DNA of 64,000 nt from an uncultured bacterium (GTDB taxonomy: Bacteria > Krumholzibacteriota > Krumholzibacteriia > Krumholzibacteriales > Krumholzibacteriaceae). Below, piece after piece: positions 10,263 to 18,192 of this stretch; position 1 is the first letter of the stretch, and every line of letters starts with the position of its first letter. Made by a program: the position numbers and the translations under genes. The stretch spans positions 352,001-416,000 of the forward strand of contig CAWFAD010000016.1 in the NCBI GenBank assembly GCA_963813815.1, read 5' to 3'. The notes under the pieces were generated by a model that saw nothing but the letters and a program-made list of their open reading frames with translations, was not told where the DNA came from and searched no databases.

Positions 10263-11221
10263 AACGAATGCTGCCCCTCTTTCTCCTTGTCTGCCTCACG
10301 TCGATGGCCGGCGGATCGCTCGCCGGGGACACCGGGACCTACCGGATACTGAGCTACCGGGTCGCCTTGACTCCCCGCTCCGACGGCACGGTCGCGATCG
10401 ACTACTATCAAAAATGGCTCGTCACCGGCGGTCACATCCCCTGGATCACCGTGGGGACCGCCAACGACGATTTCGAGATAACGAGCCGCGGCGGCGCCGC
10501 GCTGGCGGTCGCGCCTGCCGGTCAGGGGGGCTGGAGCGGCGCGCGGCTCGATCTCGACGCGGACTATCGAGAGGGACGGACCTTCGAGGTTTCGTTCTCG
10601 ATCGCTCAGAGGCGGCTGTTCTACGCCGACAAGGACGGCTACCGGCTCGACTTCACGCCCGGCTGGTATGATCGCGCCGCCGTCGAAACGCTTCTCGTGA
10701 GCGTGAGATTCTTCGCCGACCCGGCGACGGTCGTCGTGGAGCCGCCGGCGTCGCGCGTTTCGGGCGATACGATGGAATGGGTCCGGCACGGTCTCGGAGC
10801 GGGAGAACGGTTCAACGTTCACGTATCCATACCTCGCGCGGCATTCCCGGCCGGCATCGCCGCGGGCGAGCTTCGGGGAGGCGCCGGCGGGAAGAGCTCC
10901 GGTTCGGGCGGTCTCGTCGCCTTCGTGATCGTCGTGCTCGTCATTCTTATCATCGTCGTCGTCCTGCGCTCGAGGGGAGGCCCTTACTCCGGCGGAAGAA
11001 TATTTTACGGAGGAATGCCGGGCGGGCGTTCGAGCGGCGGCAGGTCCGGGGGCGGCCGATCGAGCGGCGGAGGGGGCGGATTCGGCGGAGCGTCGATGTC
11101 CTGCGCGTGCGCGTGCGTGAGCTGCGCCTGCGCTTGCGCGTGCGCCGGCGGGGGCGGGGCCGGGTGCGCCAGAAAATCGGAGCACTCGTGCCCGCTCTGC
11201 GGGAAGGAGAGGACACCGTGA
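10259..11221 (+). CDS. Membrane protein (DUF2207-like ectodomain, TM, Gly-rich linker, Cys-rich tail)
   Basis: GTG overlaps the rSAM stop; signal peptide; TM LVAFVIVVLVILIIVVVL; tail SCACACVSCACACACAGGGGAGCARKSEHSCPLC. Confidence 0.8.
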   Translation: MKRMLPLFLLVCLTSMAGGSLAGDTGTYRILSYRVALTPRSDGTVAIDYYQKWLVTGGHIPWITVGTANDDFEITSRGGAALAVAPAGQGGWSGARLDLDADYREGRTFEVSFSIAQRRLFYADKDGYRLDFTPGWYDRAAVETLLVSVRFFADPATVVVEPPASRVSGDTMEWVRHGLGAGERFNVHVSIPRAAFPAGIAAGELRGGAGGKSSGSGGLVAFVIVVLVILIIVVVLRSRGGPYSGGRIFYGGMPGGRSSGGRSGGGRSSGGGGGFGGASMSCACACVSCACACACAGGGGAGCARKSEHSCPLCGKERTP

Positions 11222-11760
11222 AGAGGATCGCCCGCTGCCTTTTCATCCTCGCGACGCTCGCCGCCTGCGAGGGCGGTGCGGATCGATACGACAAAAACGT
11301 CGCGGTTCCGAGGGGAGACCCTGCGTTTCCTCCGCTCGGCGCGTCGTGGGTGATCGACCGGGCCGGGGTCCTGTCGGAGCCCGTGATCGCGGCGAACGAC
11401 GCGATCTGCGAGAAGCTCAAGGCGGACGGCGTCGCCGAGGTCGTCGTGGTGATCGTGAACGGCGTCAAGCAGCCGGAGGATTGGGCCACGCATTACGGGC
11501 GATGGCTCGGTCTCGGGAGCAAGGGCCTCAGCGCCGATGGGGGGAACCGGGGGCTCGTGTGGCTCGTTCGGCCCGACGCGGAGGAAAAGCTGACCGTGTC
11601 CGTGGGGCGGGGGCTTCCCCGGTTCACGACGGTCGACTACGGCGGCATCATGGATGACGCCGTCGAGTATTTCAATTTCGGCAACTTCGACGGGGGCGTC
11701 GCGACGCTCGTCGCCCGAACGGACGAGGTCCTGCGAAGGATAAGCGTCGAAGGGAAGTAG
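11218..11760 (+). CDS. TPM-domain lipoprotein
   Basis: Lipobox LAAC; WVIDRAGVLS, EVVVVIV, NRGLVWLV and VSVGRGL motifs; GTGA overlap with the upstream gene. Confidence 0.75.
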   Translation: MKRIARCLFILATLAACEGGADRYDKNVAVPRGDPAFPPLGASWVIDRAGVLSEPVIAANDAICEKLKADGVAEVVVVIVNGVKQPEDWATHYGRWLGLGSKGLSADGGNRGLVWLVRPDAEEKLTVSVGRGLPRFTTVDYGGIMDDAVEYFNFGNFDGGVATLVARTDEVLRRISVEGK

Positions 11761-11778
11761 AGGAGAAAGGAGCCTCAC

Positions 11779-12402
11779 GTGAAAAAGTCCGCCGCGGGGA
11801 TCGCCGTGCTGATCGTCGTCATAGGCATCGTCGCCTTCTCTCTCGTGTCGTCGGGAGTCGGCGTCTGGAACAAGCTCAATCAGAAATTCCAGATGGTGGA
11901 GGGAGGCAAATCGCATTACTCGGCGGCCCTCAACACCTGCACGGAAAAGATCAAGGGCGTCTGGGAGATGGCCATTCAGTACATGGAGCATGAATCGGAA
12001 ACGTATCGCGCAGTGGCCGAAGCGCGCAGCGGCTACGACGCGGCGAGGGATGCGTTCGAGCAGGCGTCGGCGGAGGTCGGCGACACCGAAGCGCTCACGA
12101 AGGCGGGCTCGGAGGTTGTGAGAGCGGCCATGGCCTTCAGGATCCAGGTCGAGGCGTATCCTCAGCTTCGGGCCGCCGAGACGTCGCAGGAGAACATGCG
12201 CAACCTCGAGTCGTCGGTGAACGAGATCAAGACCGCGCTCGACGACTGGGTGGTCACGATCCGTGAGTACAATACCTATCGCGGCTCGGCATGGCCGTCC
12301 ATGCTCGGAGGTTTCATGAAGAAGTTTCCGCCGCGGATCGAGTACTACGAGGGCGAGATCGAAAAGCTCGATATCGACGATCTCAACCCCGCGAAGGGGT
12401 AA
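11779..12402 (+). CDS. lemA: LemA family protein
   Basis: N-terminal TM helix; YMEHESET, VEAYPQLRA and YNTYRGSAWPS motifs. Confidence 0.85.
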   Translation: MKKSAAGIAVLIVVIGIVAFSLVSSGVGVWNKLNQKFQMVEGGKSHYSAALNTCTEKIKGVWEMAIQYMEHESETYRAVAEARSGYDAARDAFEQASAEVGDTEALTKAGSEVVRAAMAFRIQVEAYPQLRAAETSQENMRNLESSVNEIKTALDDWVVTIREYNTYRGSAWPSMLGGFMKKFPPRIEYYEGEIEKLDIDDLNPAKG

Positions 12403-12567
12403 TGGGGAGCCATCGAAAGCGGTAGATCCTCGTCCCGGTCGCCTCAACCGGGGAAAATTGGCCGATTCGTCGCTCCGTGGGGCGAACTACTCATGAGTCT
12501 ATTTAATGACATATTTATTTATCGTATTATTTTGCAGCAAGTTATGTAACGTCCTTAAAGCCAAGTC

Positions 12568-12597
12568 TTGACAACGCCCGGGCAGATAAGGTATAAT
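12568..12597 (+). promoter_or_regulatory. Consensus sigma70 promoter
   Basis: TTGACA-N18-TATAAT in an AT-rich intergenic region. Confidence 0.75.
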
Positions 12598-12655
12598 AGG
12601 TTCTATAAATAAGCGGCTCGCGCATTCACTGCAACCTAAGAGGGGAAGGAAAAAT

Positions 12656-13345
12656 ATGCGCAAAATGCTCTTCGCGTTCCTATCCGTTATTCTCTTGCCG
12701 GCGCTCCTCGCGGCCGAGCCCGTGAGCGGCGTATTCAACTCCACCGATCTCGGCGGGCAGTTCCTGACCGGCCGCTACTCGAACTGGCGTCCCAAAAGCA
12801 CGCAGGGCACGCCGCGCGTGCTTCACATGCAGTCATGGGACGGCGCGGCTCTCGGCACTCAGTGGGACATCACGTGCCCGCTCTCTGCGACGGATTTTGC
12901 GACGGTGGACAACCGCGTGGGCGGCGTCGGCACGGTCGTCTACACGCTCAACATGAGCGGCGGAACCTTTACGTTGGCCGCCGGCGGTTGGCCGTGGGGA
13001 GACGGTTTGGGAACGCTCGGTGTCACGGTCTTTAGAACGACCGAGACCTATGCTCTCGTCAGCGGCACAGCCACGTTGATCTCGACTGTCAACAGCGGGA
13101 ACACGTACGGATCGTTCGTCAACGACTGCGCGCTCGAGCTCTCGTGGACCGGAGGCATACAGGTCAACGAGACGCCGTACGCCACGAAGCCGACGACGTA
13201 TCCTTCGTTCATCGGGAGCACCTGCGCTGCGGCGACGGCGCTCTACGGCGAATGGGGAGGCATCACCGCTATGACCCTCTTGATCGACTGCCCCATCGCG
13301 ACCGATGAATCCACCTGGGGAGCGATCAAGCAGCTCTATCGGTAA
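12656..13345 (+). CDS. Secreted protein of unknown function with C-terminal STWGAIKQLYR motif
   Basis: Signal peptide; Gly/Thr-rich beta-type body; paralog at 61234-61941. Confidence 0.8.
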   Translation: MRKMLFAFLSVILLPALLAAEPVSGVFNSTDLGGQFLTGRYSNWRPKSTQGTPRVLHMQSWDGAALGTQWDITCPLSATDFATVDNRVGGVGTVVYTLNMSGGTFTLAAGGWPWGDGLGTLGVTVFRTTETYALVSGTATLISTVNSGNTYGSFVNDCALELSWTGGIQVNETPYATKPTTYPSFIGSTCAAATALYGEWGGITAMTLLIDCPIATDESTWGAIKQLYR

Positions 13346-13374
13346 GCTTCGACGATTCGATTCGGGAAATCTCC

Positions 13375-13412
13375 AAGGGGGGCGAGCTCAAAAGGCCGCC
13401 CCCTTCTTCTTT
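13375..13412 (+). terminator. Probable intrinsic terminator
   Basis: AAGGGGGGCG...CGCCCCCTT hairpin followed by a pyrimidine/T run. Confidence 0.5.
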
Positions 13413-13472
13413 GATCGCGCCGCCGTTTTGATTGCCCCGCCGCCGCCGCCCGCATGCTGTATAATCCGATCG

Positions 13473-16025
13473 ATGCGAACGACGCTCGAGAGCTATCTCG
13501 ACGATTTTCTCTCGCGCGGCGACGAAACGGCCCTGGCGCGTCGCCGCGGGCTGCGGACCATTCGCACGTCCTACGGAGGGCTCGCGCGCGGTGCCTTTCG
13601 ATTCTCGCGCGAGCTCGAGGAGCGAGGCGTCGGCAGGGGCGATCGAGTTGTCCTTCAGGGGGAAAACGGCGCCGGCTGGGTCGCCGTGTTTCTCGGCTGC
13701 CTCGTTCGCGGGGCGATCGTCGTGCCGCTCGACGCTCGGAGCGAGCCGGGATTCGCGGCCCGGGTCGCGCGCCGGGTCGAGCCGAAGCTCGCCGTGATCG
13801 ATTCCGCCGCGGGGGGCGCCGGAGCGTTCGGCTGCCCGGCGGTGCCGCTCGGGGATCTGGAGGACCTCCTCTCGCGCCATCCGGCCGAACCGCGCCCCGC
13901 CGCGCTCATCGATCCGGACGACGCCCTCGAGATCGTCTTTACCTCCGGCACGACGGCCGAGCCGAGGGGCGTGCTCGTCACCCGCCGCAACCTGCTCGCG
14001 AATCTCGGGGCGCTCGAGCGGGAGATCATTCCGTACCTCAAGTACGAGTGGCTCGTCCATCCGATGCGGTTTCTGAACCTCGTGCCCCTGAGCCACGTGT
14101 TCGGGCAGATCATGGGCATGTTCGTGCCGCAGATGCTGGGAGGAGAGGTGTTCTTCCAGGAATCCCTCGGCCCCTCGCGCGTCATCGAGACGATCGAGCG
14201 GGAGCGGATATCGGTTCTCGTCGCCGTGCCGAGGATGCTCGATTCGCTCCGCGAGACGATCACCCGCGACCTCGAGGCGCGGGGCGCGATCGAAGGGTTC
14301 CACCGCTCGTTCGAAGGCGAGCGGGGACGCCATCCCCTTCGGCGCTGGTGGAGGTTTCGCGCGATCCATTCGCGATTCGGATGGAGGTTTTGGGCCTTCA
14401 TCTCAGGGGGCGCCTCGCTCTCGCCGGAAACGGAGGAGTTCTGGGACCGGCTCGGATTCGCCGTCATTCAGGGCTACGGCATGACCGAGACCGCCTCCCT
14501 CGTCAGCGTCAATCATCCCCTGAGGCTCGTCCGCGGATCGATCGGCAAGGCGATGCCCGGCACCTCGGTACGGCTCGCGGCGGACGGGGAGATACTGGTT
14601 CGCGGCGAGAGCGTCACTCCGGGATACTGGAAGGACGCGTCCGGCGCCGAGTCGTCGCCCGACGGGTGGTTTCACACCGGCGACATCGGGGAGATGGACG
14701 CGGAAGGAAATCTCTATTTCAAGGGACGCGCGAAAGAGGTCATCGTCACCGCCGCGGGGATGAAGATCCATCCGGGGGACATCGAGCGGGCGTTCGATCG
14801 CGAGCCCGAGGTCAGGGCGTCCGCCGTCATAGCCGCCGCGGGGGCCGGCGGGCCGGAGCCGCTCGCCGTGCTCGCTCTTCGCCGGAAGGCCGATGCGAAG
14901 GCCCTCGTCGACCGCGTCAACCGATCGCTCGCGCCGTACCAGCGCGTTCGCCGCTGGTTCGTCTGGCCGGAAGACGATCTCCCGCGCACGCCGACGCAGA
15001 AGGTCATGAAGCGGCTCGTCGCCGAGAAAGCGCTCGCCGGGGAGGCGATCGGCGCCGGGCGCGGGGAAGCCCTTGATGTCGCCCCCGGGATCGACTCGAT
15101 CGTCTCGCGGCTCGGCGGCGGAGCGGGACGGGCGAACGATCCATCCGCGAGGCTCGGAGCCGACCTCGGCCTCGATTCGCTCGGCCGGGTCGAGCTTCTC
15201 GACGCCGTCGAGGAGCAATACCGGATCGATCTCGACGAGGCGGCGCTCACGGAGGAAACGACGCTCGGCGATCTCGAGCGGCTCGTGCGGGGCGGAAGCG
15301 GTGGGCGGGAGTCGCCGTATCCGTATCCGCGGTGGCAGCGGAGGCCCCCCCTGAGTTGGCTCGGACTCGCGATGCTCGAGCTCCTCGCCATGCCGGCGGC
15401 GAGGCTCCTCGGACGGCCGCGAACGAGCGGCGGAGAGTTCGCGAAGAATATTCGCGGTCCGTTCGTCATCGTCTGCAACCACGTCACGGCGGTCGATCAC
15501 GCGTTCGTGCTTCTGGCCCTCCCGCGGAGGATGCGGAGGCGCACGGCGATCGCCATGGACGGAGAGATACTGCGCGAGAGGCGGCATCCGCCCCCGGGAA
15601 CGCCGATGCTCGCGCGCGTTTCCCTCGCGATCCAGTACGCTCTCGTCGTTCTGTGCTTCAACGTGTTTTCGATGCCGCGGCGGAGCGGCTTCCGGAAGAG
15701 CTTCGAGTTCGCCGGAGGGCTCCTCGATCGCGGATACAATCTGCTCGTGTTTCCGGAGGGGCGCCACACGGAGGACGGAGCGATCGGCCCCTTCATGCCG
15801 GGGACGGGCCTCCTCGTTTCGAGGCTCGACGCGCCGGTGATTCCCCTGCGGCTCGACGGACTGTGGGAGCTCAAGAAGGCGCGTAGGCGCCGGGCGCGGC
15901 CGGGAGAGATTTCGATCGTCATCGGGGAGCCGGTGCGGTATTCGCCGAATGATCGTCCCGAGCGGATCGCCGCCGATCTCGGCGCGCGCGTGAGGGGTCT
16001 CGGGCGCGGTCCGTCCGGGCAATAA
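13473..16025 (+). CDS. Fatty acyl-AMP/CoA ligase + ACP + PlsC acyltransferase fusion
   Basis: FTSGTTAEPRG, QGYGMTET and WFHTGDIG; LGLDSL phosphopantetheine site; NHVTAVD and FPEG motifs. Confidence 0.9.
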   Translation: MRTTLESYLDDFLSRGDETALARRRGLRTIRTSYGGLARGAFRFSRELEERGVGRGDRVVLQGENGAGWVAVFLGCLVRGAIVVPLDARSEPGFAARVARRVEPKLAVIDSAAGGAGAFGCPAVPLGDLEDLLSRHPAEPRPAALIDPDDALEIVFTSGTTAEPRGVLVTRRNLLANLGALEREIIPYLKYEWLVHPMRFLNLVPLSHVFGQIMGMFVPQMLGGEVFFQESLGPSRVIETIERERISVLVAVPRMLDSLRETITRDLEARGAIEGFHRSFEGERGRHPLRRWWRFRAIHSRFGWRFWAFISGGASLSPETEEFWDRLGFAVIQGYGMTETASLVSVNHPLRLVRGSIGKAMPGTSVRLAADGEILVRGESVTPGYWKDASGAESSPDGWFHTGDIGEMDAEGNLYFKGRAKEVIVTAAGMKIHPGDIERAFDREPEVRASAVIAAAGAGGPEPLAVLALRRKADAKALVDRVNRSLAPYQRVRRWFVWPEDDLPRTPTQKVMKRLVAEKALAGEAIGAGRGEALDVAPGIDSIVSRLGGGAGRANDPSARLGADLGLDSLGRVELLDAVEEQYRIDLDEAALTEETTLGDLERLVRGGSGGRESPYPYPRWQRRPPLSWLGLAMLELLAMPAARLLGRPRTSGGEFAKNIRGPFVIVCNHVTAVDHAFVLLALPRRMRRRTAIAMDGEILRERRHPPPGTPMLARVSLAIQYALVVLCFNVFSMPRRSGFRKSFEFAGGLLDRGYNLLVFPEGRHTEDGAIGPFMPGTGLLVSRLDAPVIPLRLDGLWELKKARRRRARPGEISIVIGEPVRYSPNDRPERIAADLGARVRGLGRGPSGQ

Positions 16026-16108
16026 ATCCGCAGGAAAGGTCCGGGCGATGATATATATTAAGGATTGAACGAGTCGGGAATCCGTTGAAACGAGCAGGGG
16101 AGGTTCAC

Positions 16109-16879
16109 ATGAAACGCTTCGCATATTTCGTCGCCGGTCTCGCGATCCTCGCGATGCCCGCGGTCGCGGCGTGTCAGAAGGCGGAGGAGAAGACTCCGAC
16201 CCCGGATGCGTCGGCCGCGGCCGCGCACGAATTCACGCAGGCGGAGATAACCGCGTCGGTTCCCGAGCTGAGGGATCTGCACGAGGTCGTCTACCCGCTC
16301 TGGCACAGCGCGTATCCGGACAAGGATTTCGCGATGATCAAGGAGCTTCTTCCGCAGATGGACACCCTGACCGCGCGGCTCGACGCCGCCCCGCTGCCGG
16401 GGATCCTGCGCGAGAAGCAGGCGGCGTGGGACGAGAAGAAGACGAACCTGAAATCGACGCTCCAACAGCTCCACGCGGCGGCGTCGAAAGACGATCAGTC
16501 CGAGATGCTGAAGCAGGTCGAGGCGTTCCACGCCGTCTACGAGCAGCTCGTGCGGACGATCCGTCCTCTCGTCAAGGAGCTCGACGCCTATCATCAGGAG
16601 CTCTACAAGCTCTACCACTACTACGCGCCCGCGTACGACATCGAGAAGATCCGCTCCGCGGCCGCCGCCATGGCGGAAAAGATTCCGGCCCTCAAGGCGG
16701 CGGCGCTTCCGAAGCGGCTCGCCGACCGGCAGGCGGATTTCACGGCGGCCGTCGCGGCGCTCGAGACGTCGACGCTCGAGCTCGTCGAGATCGCCAAGGG
16801 GGACGCCAAGGAGAAGATTCTCGAAGCGGTGGAAAAGGTCCACGCCGCTTATCAGGGCGCCGAGCGCATGTTCGACTAG
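16109..16879 (+). CDS. Helical His-containing lipoprotein with internal duplication
   Basis: GGAGG SD; lipobox VAAC; repeats ELRDLHEVVYPLWH / ELDAYHQELYKLYH and VEAFHAVY / VEKVHAAY. Confidence 0.7.
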   Translation: MKRFAYFVAGLAILAMPAVAACQKAEEKTPTPDASAAAAHEFTQAEITASVPELRDLHEVVYPLWHSAYPDKDFAMIKELLPQMDTLTARLDAAPLPGILREKQAAWDEKKTNLKSTLQQLHAAASKDDQSEMLKQVEAFHAVYEQLVRTIRPLVKELDAYHQELYKLYHYYAPAYDIEKIRSAAAAMAEKIPALKAAALPKRLADRQADFTAAVAALETSTLELVEIAKGDAKEKILEAVEKVHAAYQGAERMFD

Positions 16880-16898
16880 GGAGCCCGGGAGCCGCGCC

Positions 16899-18161
16899 AT
16901 GATCCGGTTTGCTACGCTGCACGACGTGATCGTCATAGGAGGCGGCGCCTCGGGGATGTTCGCGGCGGGACGCGCGGCCGAAAACGGCTCGCGCGTTCTG
17001 CTGCTCGAACGAAACGACCGCCTCGGGAGGAAGCTCGCCATCACCGGCAAGGGCCGGTGCAACCTGACCAACACCGACGAGACGGCCGCGTTCATAGAAA
17101 ATTTCGGCCGCAACGGCAAGTTTCTCTACCGCGCGTTCACGGAGTTCTCGAACCGCGATCTCGTGGCGTTTTTCGACTCGCGCGGCGTTCCCACGAAGGA
17201 AGAGCGGGGCGGACGGATATTCCCGGCGAGCGAGAGCTCCGCGAGCGTCGTGAGAGCGCTGGCCGGGTACGTGAAAGAGAGCGGGGTGTCCGTCCGGTTC
17301 AACTCCCGCGTGGAGCGGATCGTCGTCGATCCCGTCTCCGGCTCCGTGGCGGGCGTGCACGAGGCCGGCCGCGCGGGGACGATCGCCGCGAAGAAAGTCA
17401 TACTCGCGACGGGCGGGCTTTCCTATCCCGCCACGGGCTCGACGGGCGACGGCTACGCGATGGCCGAGGCGCTCGGCCACACGATCGTGCCGCCTCGCCC
17501 CGCGCTCGTTCCCCTCGAAACGGTGGAGCGGTTTCCGAAAGAGCTCGCGGGGCTGTCCCTCGAGAACGTCAGGGCGACGGCCCTCGGCGACGGCGCCAAA
17601 ATAGCCGACGAGTTCGGCGACATGCTCTTCACTCATTTCGGCGTATCGGGTCCCATTATTCTCAGGCTGAGCGGCGCTGTCGTCGAGCGTCACGCGAGGA
17701 AAGAGCGGGTCGAGATCTCGATCGACCTCAAGCCCGCGCTCGACCGAAACAAGCTCGAGAACCGGCTCGTCCGCGAGCTCTCGAGCTCAGGCGCCAAAGC
17801 GCTTCGAACGGTCATGAAGGAGCTGCTTCCGCGCGCGCTCATTCCGGCCTTCGTCGAATCGAGCGGAATTCCCGGCGACAAGAAATGCAGCCAGATAACG
17901 GGGGCCGAGAGGAGAAAGCTCGTCGACGCGTTCAAGGATTTCCGTTTGACGGTGCGCCGGCCGAGACCCGTCGCGGAGGCCATCGTCACGCGCGGCGGAA
18001 TCGATCTCAGGGAGATCGATCCGCGGACGATGGAGTCGAAGAAGGTGAAGGGGCTCTATTTCTGCGGAGAGATCATCGACATCGACGGAACCACCGGCGG
18101 GTACAACCTGCAGGCGGCCTTTTCGACCGCTCATCTCGCGGCGCTCCGCCGCGCGGAATGA
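16899..18161 (+). CDS. HI0933/YhiN (BaiN-like) flavoprotein
   Basis: IGGGASG, GRKLAITGKGRCNLTN, LFTHFGVSGP and GGYNLQAAF motifs. Confidence 0.92.
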   Translation: MIRFATLHDVIVIGGGASGMFAAGRAAENGSRVLLLERNDRLGRKLAITGKGRCNLTNTDETAAFIENFGRNGKFLYRAFTEFSNRDLVAFFDSRGVPTKEERGGRIFPASESSASVVRALAGYVKESGVSVRFNSRVERIVVDPVSGSVAGVHEAGRAGTIAAKKVILATGGLSYPATGSTGDGYAMAEALGHTIVPPRPALVPLETVERFPKELAGLSLENVRATALGDGAKIADEFGDMLFTHFGVSGPIILRLSGAVVERHARKERVEISIDLKPALDRNKLENRLVRELSSSGAKALRTVMKELLPRALIPAFVESSGIPGDKKCSQITGAERRKLVDAFKDFRLTVRRPRPVAEAIVTRGGIDLREIDPRTMESKKVKGLYFCGEIIDIDGTTGGYNLQAAFSTAHLAALRRAE

Positions 18162-18192
18162 ACCCGGCGGCGCTTTCCGCCCGTCCGCGGAA

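Noticed and set aside
11100..11145. TGCGCG-like DNA microsatellite or contingency locus
   Set aside because: Synonymous codon variation points to a protein-level Cys-Ala repeat rather than a slippage tract.
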